From Lachnospiraceae bacterium (GTDB lineage Bacteria > Bacillota > Clostridia > Lachnospirales > Lachnospiraceae), in NCBI GenBank assembly GCA_016281385.1, contig JAEEIN010000062.1:1494-65493 (forward strand): a stretch of 64,000 nt of DNA. Direction: 5' to 3'. Each line of letters starts with the position of its first letter. The stretch's first letter is position 1. The position numbers were made by a program, and so were the translations under genes. A model generated the notes under the pieces. It ran no database searches and had not been told where the DNA came from. It saw only the letters and a list, made by a program, of their open reading frames with translations. This document shows positions 29,035-38,502 of the stretch, piece by piece.

Positions 29035-31731
29035 ATGAATAACAAACCTGTATTTATCGAACAAAACGCAACCTTCGAACTGGAAGATGCGGATCTTTGC
29101 AACAATCTGTATTTCCCTCTCGCAGGCGAGAGCGGCCTTAAGAGCTGTGTGACGCCCCTTCTTTCGGGTGATTCAAAGCTTGATCAGAACCATTTCCTTT
29201 TGGAACCTCAAAGTATAGAGAATTTAAACAATAACAGGCTTACCAGAAACTTCTGGTGTGTCATGGACGGTAAGACCGTGTGGTCCGCAAGCGGAAACAG
29301 TGCGCTTCAGAATGCCGAAAGGCTTTCCGGGGAAAAAGAAAAATGCAAAGTGACCGCAGGCTTTATGTGGCACAGGGTTGAACGTGAGAATGAAAGGGCA
29401 GGCATAAAGAGTTCCATACTTTCCTTTATTCCTTATGATAAAAATGTTGAGATCCATGTGGTCACCCTTACCAATACCGGTGCGGACAAGGAACTGGATA
29501 TCATTCCGTCATTTCCGATTTACGGCCGCAGCGCCGACAATATCCGTGACCACAGGCATGTAACTTCCCTGCTGTCGAGAACAAAGGTCACTGATAAGGG
29601 AATGATCGATCATCCCACATTCTCCTTTGATGAAAGGGGGCATCGGCTTTGCGATGCTTTCTATTTTGCCGAAGGATATATGGAAGGCGGAGAACTCCCC
29701 ATTGAGTTCTACCCTGTATTGGACGATTTTATCGGCTCCGGAACTCCCGACTGGCCCGAAAGTGTGGTAAATAAGGATAAAGCCGTGGCCTTTCACCCGG
29801 GAGACTCTGTGAACGGGCAGGAGATCGCCGGTGCTTTCCGTTTTAAGACGGTGAAGCTTAAGTCACAGACCTCCTTAAGATATGTGGTTTATGCCGGTAT
29901 TTCTTCCGATGAAGAGGAATATGAGAAGGTAAGAGAGGAGATCGATACCTTAAACAAGGTTGAGATCCTTTTTGAAAAAACAAAGAAATACTGGCTTGAA
30001 AAGATAAATATAAAGATCGCGACAGGTGATCCTTATTTTGACAATTTCATGCGCTGGGTAGCTTTCCAGCCGGAACTCAGAAGGATCTTCGGATGCTCCT
30101 TCCTTCCGCACCACGACTACGGAAAGGGGGGACGAGGCTGGAGAGACCTCTGGCAGGACTGCTTAGCCCTTCTTCTTATGGATCCTTCCGGTGTAAGGCG
30201 CATGCTTCTTGGCAACTACCTCGGAACCAGGATCGACGGCACCAATGCCACCATCATCGGAAGCGGTGTCGGAGAATTCAAGGCCGACAGAAATTCCATC
30301 ACCAGGGTTTGGATGGATCACGGTGTATGGCCCCTTATCACCACCGCGCTTTACATCGGACAGACAGGCGATGCGGACATACTGATGGAAGAATGCGGTT
30401 ATTTCTGCGACCGTCAGATCTTCAGAGGAAGAAAGATGTCGGACCGTCCCGAAAGCGAGGGCACTTGTCAGAAGGATGAAAACGGTGCTCTTTACAAAGG
30501 AACCGTCCTTGAGCACATCCTTGTCCAGAACCTTACCGCTTTCTGGGAAGTGGGCGAGCACAATATCTGCCGCCTGCGTGACGCCGACTGGAACGATGCC
30601 CTTGACATGGCAGGAGAGCGGGGCGAGAGCGTTGCCTTTGCCTGCGCATATGCGGGCAATCTGGAGACCATCGCGGATATCCTTGATTCCGGAGTTTTGC
30701 CGGAAAGAAAGATCCGGATTCTTGGCGCACTGGAGCTTCTTCTTGAGGATGACGACAGGATATACGATGATGTTGCGGCCAAGAAGGAACTTCTTGATGC
30801 TTATCTTGAAAAGGTTGCAAAGGATCTTCCCGATCACAAGTCGGAGATCGATGTTAAGGAGCTTTCTTCCAATTTAAGGAGCAAGGCTTCATGGTTAAGA
30901 AACCACATAGCTTCTTCCGAATGGATAGAAGAGGGTGAGGACGGATGGTTCAACGGCTACTATGACAATAACGGCCGTACCCTTGACCTTTCGGTTCCCG
31001 GCAAAAAGAACATGACTCTCACCGGCCAGGTATTTTCCGTAATGAACGGTATCGCCACCGACGAGCGTGTTAAGAAGATCTGCGCAAGCGCCGACAGAAG
31101 GCTCTTTGACGAGAAGTGCGGCGGCTACAGATTAAATACCGATTTCGGCGAAGTAAAAACCGACATGGGCAGAATGTTCGGCTTTGCCTTCGGGGAAAAA
31201 GAAAACGGCGCGGTATTCTCACACATGGCAGTGATGTATGCCAACGCTTTATATAAGAGAGGATTCGCCAAGGAAGGCTTCAAAGCCCTTAATGCTTTAT
31301 ATAAGGCTTCCGCTGATTTTGAAACCTCACAGATCTATCCCGGCATTCCCGAGTATTTCGGCCGGGGCGGAAAGGGACTCTACAGTTACCTTACGGGAGC
31401 TGCAAGCTGGTATCTTATGACCGTTGTCATGAACATGTTCGGTGTCGGCGGTGAGTACGGAGACCTTGTTGTTTCTCCGAATCTGTTGAAGGACCAGTTT
31501 GATGAAAACGGCCTTGCATCCATAAGGCTTGAATTTGCGGGCAAGCCCGTAAAGATCGACATCATAAACAAAAAAGCCCTGGATCCGGGTGAATACACAA
31601 TTGCCTCCTGCCTGACAGACGGCGTTGAAAAGGCAGAAAATAAAGGCGAAAGAAGCATACGCATCCCTGAGGATGAGATCGCTTCATGGAATTCAACGGT
31701 GAGACATCATATAGAAATAACACTTGAATGA
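29035..31731 (+). CDS. GH94 glycoside phosphorylase, laminaribiose-phosphorylase-like
   Basis: RSADNIRDHRHVTSLL, SFLPHHDYGKGGRGWRDLWQD, ADWNDALD, GESVAF, KENGAVFSH and YLTGAASW; about 900 aa; sits next to GH55. Confidence 0.8.
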   Translation: MNNKPVFIEQNATFELEDADLCNNLYFPLAGESGLKSCVTPLLSGDSKLDQNHFLLEPQSIENLNNNRLTRNFWCVMDGKTVWSASGNSALQNAERLSGEKEKCKVTAGFMWHRVERENERAGIKSSILSFIPYDKNVEIHVVTLTNTGADKELDIIPSFPIYGRSADNIRDHRHVTSLLSRTKVTDKGMIDHPTFSFDERGHRLCDAFYFAEGYMEGGELPIEFYPVLDDFIGSGTPDWPESVVNKDKAVAFHPGDSVNGQEIAGAFRFKTVKLKSQTSLRYVVYAGISSDEEEYEKVREEIDTLNKVEILFEKTKKYWLEKINIKIATGDPYFDNFMRWVAFQPELRRIFGCSFLPHHDYGKGGRGWRDLWQDCLALLLMDPSGVRRMLLGNYLGTRIDGTNATIIGSGVGEFKADRNSITRVWMDHGVWPLITTALYIGQTGDADILMEECGYFCDRQIFRGRKMSDRPESEGTCQKDENGALYKGTVLEHILVQNLTAFWEVGEHNICRLRDADWNDALDMAGERGESVAFACAYAGNLETIADILDSGVLPERKIRILGALELLLEDDDRIYDDVAAKKELLDAYLEKVAKDLPDHKSEIDVKELSSNLRSKASWLRNHIASSEWIEEGEDGWFNGYYDNNGRTLDLSVPGKKNMTLTGQVFSVMNGIATDERVKKICASADRRLFDEKCGGYRLNTDFGEVKTDMGRMFGFAFGEKENGAVFSHMAVMYANALYKRGFAKEGFKALNALYKASADFETSQIYPGIPEYFGRGGKGLYSYLTGAASWYLMTVVMNMFGVGGEYGDLVVSPNLLKDQFDENGLASIRLEFAGKPVKIDIINKKALDPGEYTIASCLTDGVEKAENKGERSIRIPEDEIASWNSTVRHHIEITLE

Positions 31732-31738
31732 CTCACTA

Positions 31739-31798
31739 AAAAAATGACACCTTTTTAAAAATCGAATAATTTTTTCACCATTGTTACCCTCCTATAAT
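31739..31798 (+). promoter_or_regulatory. Promoter of the ABC transporter operon carrying the same box
   Basis: AAAAA-ATGACAC (31744) and TATAAT at 31793, again a 49-nt offset; no consensus -35. Confidence 0.6.
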
Positions 31799-31847
31799 CG
31801 AACCATGAAGCACGAAGGTCGTGCTCGGATTATAGGAGGGTAAATCT

Positions 31848-33248
31848 ATGAAATTGAAAAAGTTGTTAGCAGTAACTCTGGCAACCGTCATGGTAGCAGG
31901 TCTTGCGGCATGCGGCGGTCAGGAAACCGGTTCCGGTTCAAACAGTGACGCGGGAACCAAAACAGAGCAGTCATCCTCAAAGACTGATGCAAAGGGCGAC
32001 AAGCTCGTAGTCTGGACACTGGCAGCAGACCTTCAGCAGTTTGCTGAGAGATACACAGAGAAGACAGGCGTTAACGTTGAAACAGTCATCATCGAGCCTG
32101 CGGATTATCCCACAAAGGTTCAGACCGCACTTATGGGCGGAGAGAAAGAGCCCGACATCATCGTAGGCGAGCCTCAGATGCTTGAGGACTTCTACACCAA
32201 CGGATTCTTTGCAAGCCTTGATGATCTTGGCGCAAAGGATTTTGACGGAAAGATCGTTGACTATGTCTGGAAGGTCGGACAGGACGCAGACGGCGTTCAG
32301 AGAGCCATCTCCTACCAGATCACACCCGCAGGTATCTACTACAGAAGAGATATCGCACAGAGCGTATTCGGAACCGACGATCCCGTTGAGATCGGAAAGA
32401 AGTTCGCTGATTACGACACGATCCTTGAGACAGCTCAGACCTTAAAGAATGCGGGCTACAGGATCTTTGCTTCCGACTCCGAGATCAACTATTTCTCAGG
32501 CGACAGCGCATGGGTTGTTGACGGAGCACTTAATGTATCCGATGCAAGATTTGAGTACATGGACCTCGTTATCTCCCTTTATCAGGACGACCTGACCGCA
32601 TATGCAAACCAGTGGTCAACTCCCTGGTTCCAGGCTATGAGCGGCGATGTTCCGATCCTTACGGCTGAGATCCAGAACTACGAAGATGACAGCGTTAACG
32701 TATGGGATGCGGAATCCTTCGCAGAAGCAACCGCAGGTCTTGAAAGAACAACGGTATTTGCATACGGGCTTCCTTCATGGGGCGTTCTTACCATGAGAGA
32801 CAATGTAGGCGAGACATCCGGTAAGTGGGGCGTTTGCGCAGGACCCGCATACGGTTTCGGCGGCGGTACTTACATCGGTATCTCTTCTCTTTCCGAGAGA
32901 AAGGATCTTGCATGGGATTTCATCAAGTTCTGTACTCTTAACGAAGAGACCGCTGACTGGTGGATCGAAGCATCCGAAGGTGACACCGTTTCCCTTATCT
33001 CCGCACTTGACAAGCACAAAGACGACGAGAATTCCGTTTACGGCGGCGAAAAGCTTTACAGCTTCTGGCTTGAGCAGGCAAAGGGTATCGACTACTCCAA
33101 GGTAACAAATTATGACAAGTTCATCGGCGATGCCTGGGGTGCATCCATCGGTTACATTAATACCGGTCAGGCTACAAGAGAAGATGCTCTTGCAACATTC
33201 TATGATACTGTTGAATCTACTTATCCCGAGATCACGGTAACAAGATAA
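31848..33248 (+). CDS. Carbohydrate ABC transporter substrate-binding lipoprotein
   Basis: Lipobox LAAC; YYRRDIA, GKWGV..GP and GGGTYIGI; strong RBS; biased codon usage suggesting high expression. Confidence 0.9.
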   Translation: MKLKKLLAVTLATVMVAGLAACGGQETGSGSNSDAGTKTEQSSSKTDAKGDKLVVWTLAADLQQFAERYTEKTGVNVETVIIEPADYPTKVQTALMGGEKEPDIIVGEPQMLEDFYTNGFFASLDDLGAKDFDGKIVDYVWKVGQDADGVQRAISYQITPAGIYYRRDIAQSVFGTDDPVEIGKKFADYDTILETAQTLKNAGYRIFASDSEINYFSGDSAWVVDGALNVSDARFEYMDLVISLYQDDLTAYANQWSTPWFQAMSGDVPILTAEIQNYEDDSVNVWDAESFAEATAGLERTTVFAYGLPSWGVLTMRDNVGETSGKWGVCAGPAYGFGGGTYIGISSLSERKDLAWDFIKFCTLNEETADWWIEASEGDTVSLISALDKHKDDENSVYGGEKLYSFWLEQAKGIDYSKVTNYDKFIGDAWGASIGYINTGQATREDALATFYDTVESTYPEITVTR

Positions 33249-33259
33249 TCTCAATCTGA

Positions 33260-33301
33260 AAGATCGGGGAGGACCGGCAAAGTCGGTTCTACCCCGATCT
33301 T
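33260..33301 (+). other. Intercistronic stem-loop after the SBP gene (likely mRNA-stabilising or partial termination element)
   Basis: AAGATCGGGG...CCCCGATCTT enclosing GGACCGGC-AAA-GTCGGTTC; no T-tract. Confidence 0.6.
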
Positions 33302-33336
33302 CCAAATAACCTGTAAAGAAAGTCAGAGGTATAAAA

Positions 33337-34254
33337 GTGTTTAAGAACAGACGAAAATTAACAGCCTACAACAATTGGGGTTATTTCTTTGTTGCGCCTT
33401 TTGTCATTGTTTTTCTTATATTCAGCGTATATCCGGTATTGAGGACTTTATACCTTAGCTTTACGGATCTTAAGGTAATGGGTGACGCCAAATTCATATG
33501 GTTTGCCAACTATAAAAGGGTGTTCACCGATAAGTTTTTCTGGAAGGCTTTGGGAAATACGCTTCGCATCTGGGGCGTGAATATCGTACTCCAGCTGGGA
33601 CTCGCATTTCTTCTTATGATGGTCTTCAGCGATGTCAAATACAAAATGTCCGGACTTCCGGTGTTCCGTGTTCTTTATTATCTGCCGAACCTTATCGCGG
33701 CCACTTCCGTAGCGTTTCTTTTCAATACGTTACTTGACTGGAGATACGGAACCTTCAACATAATGATCTCTCAGATCTATAAGCTTTTCGGGGCAAGATA
33801 CTCGCCCGTTGACTGGCTTGGCAATGTAAGTACCGCGGGACATACCATAGCGGTGATCCAGTCCTGGATGTGGTTCGGTAACTCCTTCATCATGCTCATG
33901 GCAGGCGTCCAGGGAATCTCCAAGGATTATTTTGAAGCGGCAGCCATAGACGGAGCGGGAAGATGGACCATATTCGGAAAAATAACACTTCCACTCATCA
34001 GACCGATAATGATGTACGTGGCCATCACATCCCTGATCGGAGGCCTTCAGATGTTCGACCTTCCGTTCCTTATGTCCAATGCCGCATCCGCATCTTACGG
34101 ATCCATCCAGACGGTAATGATGTACCTTTACAAATTCGCATTCACTGCCGGCACCATACAGACGGGCTTTGCATCGGCGATAGCATATGCACTTTTCCTG
34201 ATCATTCTGTCGGCTTCACTGATACAGTTAAAGATATTCAACAGAAAGGAGTAA
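33337..34254 (+). CDS. Carbohydrate ABC transporter permease (MalF/UgpA type)
   Basis: GYFFVAPF; EAA motif YFEAAAIDGAGRWTIFGKITLPL. Confidence 0.92.
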   Translation: MFKNRRKLTAYNNWGYFFVAPFVIVFLIFSVYPVLRTLYLSFTDLKVMGDAKFIWFANYKRVFTDKFFWKALGNTLRIWGVNIVLQLGLAFLLMMVFSDVKYKMSGLPVFRVLYYLPNLIAATSVAFLFNTLLDWRYGTFNIMISQIYKLFGARYSPVDWLGNVSTAGHTIAVIQSWMWFGNSFIMLMAGVQGISKDYFEAAAIDGAGRWTIFGKITLPLIRPIMMYVAITSLIGGLQMFDLPFLMSNAASASYGSIQTVMMYLYKFAFTAGTIQTGFASAIAYALFLIILSASLIQLKIFNRKE

Positions 34255-34258
34255 GGAC

Positions 34259-35089
34259 ATGGTGGGATATAAGATCAAAAAAGGCATCCTTTACGTATTG
34301 CTTGTGATACTTGCGATATCATGCCTTCTTCCTTTCATGCTCATGGTGGTAAACTCCACCAGAAGCGGAGCCGAGATATCGACCTCTTTCACACTGATGC
34401 CAAGTAATCATCTTGTGGAAAACTGGGAGATAATGTCGGGATACTTCAACCTCTTCAGAGGAATGTTAAACAGCCTTCTGGTGGCTGTTCCCGCAACTTT
34501 GCTCGGAGCATATTTCTCCGCACTTACGGCTTACGGCCTTGCAATGTACAAGTTTAAAGGCAACAAAGTCATATTTATGGCGATACTGATATTCATGATG
34601 ATCCCGGGGCAGCTTTCACTGATCGGTTTTTACCAGCTGTGTACAAAGCTTCATCTGGTAAACTCCTACATTCCCCTGATCATTCCTGCCATCGCTTCTC
34701 CGGGTACGGTTTTCTTTTTGCGGCAGTACATCCTTTCCTCCCTTTCAAACTCTCTTGTGGAGGCTGCAAGGATAGACGGAGCTCATGAACTGTACTCCTT
34801 CCACAAGATAGTGATGCCCATCATTTCACCTGCGCTGGCGACCATGGGTATCATGGGCTTCATCGGAAACTGGAACAGCTACCTTCTTCCGATGATCATA
34901 CTTAACAAAAACGAGAAATTCACTCTCCCCGTAATGATGGCGACACTGAGGGCCTCCCTGGATATGGTAAGAAACCAGGGTGCCACCTACCTTGCGGTCA
35001 CGATCTCCGTGGTACCCATACTGTTTGTTTTCTGTTTCTTCTCAAAGTATATAATAAGCAGTATATCCGCAGGTGCCGTCAAAGAATGA
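34259..35089 (+). CDS. Carbohydrate ABC transporter permease (MalG/UgpE type)
   Basis: EAARIDGA, WNSYLLP and C-terminal GAVKE. Confidence 0.92.
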   Translation: MVGYKIKKGILYVLLVILAISCLLPFMLMVVNSTRSGAEISTSFTLMPSNHLVENWEIMSGYFNLFRGMLNSLLVAVPATLLGAYFSALTAYGLAMYKFKGNKVIFMAILIFMMIPGQLSLIGFYQLCTKLHLVNSYIPLIIPAIASPGTVFFLRQYILSSLSNSLVEAARIDGAHELYSFHKIVMPIISPALATMGIMGFIGNWNSYLLPMIILNKNEKFTLPVMMATLRASLDMVRNQGATYLAVTISVVPILFVFCFFSKYIISSISAGAVKE

Positions 35090-35102
35090 TCTCCCCAAAT
35101 TG

Positions 35103-35148
35103 TATTGAAGGATCCGGAAGTGCCTGTCATTTCCGGATTTCTTCAATA
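35103..35148 (+). terminator. Hairpin ending the ABC transporter operon
   Basis: TATTGAAG-GATCCGGAA...TTCCGGATT-T-CTTCAATA imperfect inverted repeat. Confidence 0.55.
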
Positions 35149-35230
35149 TTGGAGACTATATTTACTATTAAAAAGGGTGAAAATATCTTAAAATATCAAT
35201 ATGGACGGATGGCTTTACAAAGGAGCGAAC

Positions 35231-36823
35231 ATGCATAAAAAAGCTTTCGTAAAAAGAATACTTGCGCTTTTGATCGCAGCTTCCACATTTTTGGGCTGCG
35301 GACTGAAGGCCGGTCCCGAGAGTGCCATGAAGGAGGCGGCTTCAAAGCCCATAACCCTGGACTGGTACGTAAACTACTCCTGGTTCGTTGCGGGCTGGGG
35401 CGGGAATATGGTCTCCGATGCGATCACCGAGAAGACGGGAGTATCCCTTAATTTCATAGTTCCAATGGGTAACGAGGAGAACAAACTGACCACTCTTATC
35501 GATTCCGACTCCCTGCCTGATATAGTTACCATAGGCTGGTGGGAGCCCCAGATACAGGAGATGATCGACAGGGATCTGGTTTACCCCCTAAACGAGCTTG
35601 GAGAGCGTTACGATCCTTCTTTTTTTGAAGTGACGGACGAGCGTGTGAGGGACTGGTACACCTTAAGCGACGGCAATATCTACGGCTATCCCAATTCAAG
35701 CTACACCCCGGAAGACGTAAAAAATAATGACAATATCGCTTCAAATCAGACTTTTCTGGTAAGAAAGGATATTTATGAGGCCATAGGCTCACCGGATATG
35801 AGTACCCCCGAGGGCTTTTACGATGCAGTGGTAAAGGCGAAGAAGATGTTCCCGGAGGTTAACGGAAAGCCCCTTATTCCCGTGGGTTCACACGAGTTCA
35901 ATTTTGACGGCTGCGTTTCCTTTGACCAGTATCTTCAGAACTTTCTTGCCGTTCCTTTTGAAAAGGACGGAAAGAAGTACGACCGGAACACAGATCCCGA
36001 ATATATCACCTGGCTTAAGATGTTCAGGAAGCTTGCGGAAGACGGATATCTTGCCAACGACATCTTTGTGGATCAGCGTATGCAGACCAGTGAGAAGGTT
36101 GCGGAGGGCAGATATTTCTGCATGCTCTATCAAAGAACCGATATAGCCGATCAGCAGAAACTCCTTTATGCGGAGGATCCCAACAGGATATATATCGCTG
36201 TTGACGGACCGAGAAACAGTAAAGGCGATGATCCGGTCCTACCCGTGAACGGTATCGTCGGCTGGACACTTACTTTCATTTCAAAGAACTGCAAGGATCC
36301 CGAAAGGGCCATAAAGTTCATTGATTATCTGATGAGTGGGGAAGGACAGAAACTCACATATCTGGGGATCGAAGGAGAGACTTATGACGTGGTTGACGGT
36401 GAAGTTGTAATAAAGGATGAGGTAATGAAGCTCCTTTCAACCGACCGTCAGACCTATGATTCGATATACGGAGCGGACAATCAGTACTGGATGCTTCAAA
36501 ACAATGTAATGCAGCTTAAATGGGGCATCGGACTTGAAGAGCCCCTTTGCCAGATGGCGGAATGGACCTATCCATACGCAACATATCTCGGTCAGTATGA
36601 TGTGAGCATTAAAGAGAATTCGGAGCTTGGACGTATCAATTCCGCCAACAAAAATCTTTGGGGCAGGACGCTTCCGAAGCTTCTTCTGGCTTCCTCCGAC
36701 GAGGAATTTGATGAGATACTTTCCGCGTATATGGAGGAAAGAAATGCCCTGGGCTATGAGAAACTCATGGAAGAAGAAACAAGGCAGATGCAGGAAAACA
36801 AAGAAAAACTCGGCATAAAGTGA
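35231..36823 (+). CDS. Extracellular solute-binding lipoprotein (LplA-like), probably sensory
   Basis: Lipobox FLGC; ITEKTGV, SDSLPD, FLVRKDIYE and ISKNCKDPERAIKFIDYL; overlaps the kinase start. RBS AAGGAG before ATG 35231 (alternative start 35201). Confidence 0.85.
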   Translation: MHKKAFVKRILALLIAASTFLGCGLKAGPESAMKEAASKPITLDWYVNYSWFVAGWGGNMVSDAITEKTGVSLNFIVPMGNEENKLTTLIDSDSLPDIVTIGWWEPQIQEMIDRDLVYPLNELGERYDPSFFEVTDERVRDWYTLSDGNIYGYPNSSYTPEDVKNNDNIASNQTFLVRKDIYEAIGSPDMSTPEGFYDAVVKAKKMFPEVNGKPLIPVGSHEFNFDGCVSFDQYLQNFLAVPFEKDGKKYDRNTDPEYITWLKMFRKLAEDGYLANDIFVDQRMQTSEKVAEGRYFCMLYQRTDIADQQKLLYAEDPNRIYIAVDGPRNSKGDDPVLPVNGIVGWTLTFISKNCKDPERAIKFIDYLMSGEGQKLTYLGIEGETYDVVDGEVVIKDEVMKLLSTDRQTYDSIYGADNQYWMLQNNVMQLKWGIGLEEPLCQMAEWTYPYATYLGQYDVSIKENSELGRINSANKNLWGRTLPKLLLASSDEEFDEILSAYMEERNALGYEKLMEEETRQMQENKEKLGIK

Positions 36824-38502
36824 GCAAGGCCTTTACGATGAAGAGAAAAAGATTCTTTGCAAAGTACAAACTGAATAGCAGGCTCACTCCCATAACCATT
36901 GCCCTGATATTCATCCCCATAGCCATCTTTTCGGGGATACTCTTTCGCAATATCGAGGTAAACGTGGTAAGGGAAAACCGTGACAATATGGAAGCGAGGA
37001 TCGCCAGGGATTACGATCAGACCGAGACGAACATCGAGTCCATAAACATGTCAACCAGGTTGTTTTTATCGGACGAAGAACTGTCGGATTTTTTAAAGGA
37101 TGCGTACGACGGTGCGGATCCCGACGTTGAGACCATCAGGGATTTTTACCGTTCGAAGATCTCCGACCTTGAGCGTCTTGTGAACAACAACCCTCTTCTT
37201 TATGCGGTAAGGGTGTATTCGGTGACGGACAATATTCAGGAGATGATGCCCATCCTTTATACCGGTTCAAGGATGAAGAAGCTTGAATGGTACGGAAACG
37301 ATATGGAGGGCTGGCACTTCGGATATTACGATACGCTTTTTTCTTCCCTTATATCCAAGCAGGGAGCGGAGCTTGCGTCGCTGGTGACCGCCGTTACGGA
37401 TTATGACAGGGGCGTTGTGGGCTATATAGAATCCGTAATGACCATGGAGAAGATGTTTCCCGAGATCTATGCGGATATTGAAGATGAGTGGAGTTTCTTT
37501 GCCGACAGAGAAGGCAATATCCGTTTCGGAAACGGGGATCCCCTTGAGGAACTGCAGGTTCTTTCCATGTTTTCTGAGGAATATGAAGGCTCCGGCAGCA
37601 GTGTGATCTACAGAAAGACCGGCGGAAAATATCTCATCATCGCAGGCTATCCCATAAGGGGAATGAACGGAATGATGTATTGTGTAAGGGATATCAGTCG
37701 GGAAATAAAGGATGTTTATAGCAGAAGGAACACTTTTGTTGCGATAATGACGGTGGTGCTTGTTGTTGCGGCAGTACTGATAGACCGGATGATCGGACGC
37801 TATCAGAAGGAGGTCCTTGATAAGAACGCGGAGCTTCGTTCCCTTCACAATCAGATAAATGCCCATTTTATACATAACGTGCTGGAGTCCATAAAGATGA
37901 TGGCTGAGATCGATGAGAAGTACGAGATATCCGATGCCATAACATCTTTGGGTAAGCTGATGCGTTACGGGATACGCTGGAATTTCGAAAACGTCAGCCT
38001 TGCGGATGAACTTGAATATATCAGGAACTACATTCTTCTTGTGAATCTGCGTTATGACTTTGAGGTGATCCTTTCCGTAAATGTTCCCAAGGAACTTATG
38101 GACCAGGAGATCCTTAAGATGTCCCTTCAGCCCGTTGTCGAAAACGCTGTGATCCACGGGATCGAACCATCCTGCTCGGATACGACGGTGTATATAAAGG
38201 CCTGGGAAAAGGAAGGACGTTTTACCATAGAAATAACGGATTCCGGCCAGGGAATGAACCCGGAGGAACTTGAAAGATTGAGAAAGAGGATCCACGGAGA
38301 GATCGATGAAGCCGGCGGTGACGGAAGCGGCATAGGACTAAAGAACGTTGAAGACCGCATAAAGATGACCTTCGGTAACGAATACGGCATGGAGGTCTAT
38401 TCGGAGCCGATGAAATATACTAAGGTTTCGATGGTGCTTCCCAGGATGATTTTCAGGAGAAAGAATTTATCGGATGAAAAAATTGCTGATAGTAGAAGAT
38501 GA
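36820..38502 (+). CDS. YesM-type sensor histidine kinase
   Basis: Two TMs; QINAHFIHNVLESI, LQPVVENAVIHG, DSGQGM and GIGLKNV. Confidence 0.9.
   Translation: MSKAFTMKRKRFFAKYKLNSRLTPITIALIFIPIAIFSGILFRNIEVNVVRENRDNMEARIARDYDQTETNIESINMSTRLFLSDEELSDFLKDAYDGADPDVETIRDFYRSKISDLERLVNNNPLLYAVRVYSVTDNIQEMMPILYTGSRMKKLEWYGNDMEGWHFGYYDTLFSSLISKQGAELASLVTAVTDYDRGVVGYIESVMTMEKMFPEIYADIEDEWSFFADREGNIRFGNGDPLEELQVLSMFSEEYEGSGSSVIYRKTGGKYLIIAGYPIRGMNGMMYCVRDISREIKDVYSRRNTFVAIMTVVLVVAAVLIDRMIGRYQKEVLDKNAELRSLHNQINAHFIHNVLESIKMMAEIDEKYEISDAITSLGKLMRYGIRWNFENVSLADELEYIRNYILLVNLRYDFEVILSVNVPKELMDQEILKMSLQPVVENAVIHGIEPSCSDTTVYIKAWEKEGRFTIEITDSGQGMNPEELERLRKRIHGEIDEAGGDGSGIGLKNVEDRIKMTFGNEYGMEVYSEPMKYTKVSMVLPRMIFRRKNLSDEKIADSRR

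Noticed and set aside
37267-38295. 342-aa minus-strand ORF (and similar long antisense ORFs at 57188-58081, 59414-60196, 50657-51397, 15437-16162)
   Set aside because: They lie opposite well-supported genes, lack recognisable motifs and are explained as codon-bias shadows.
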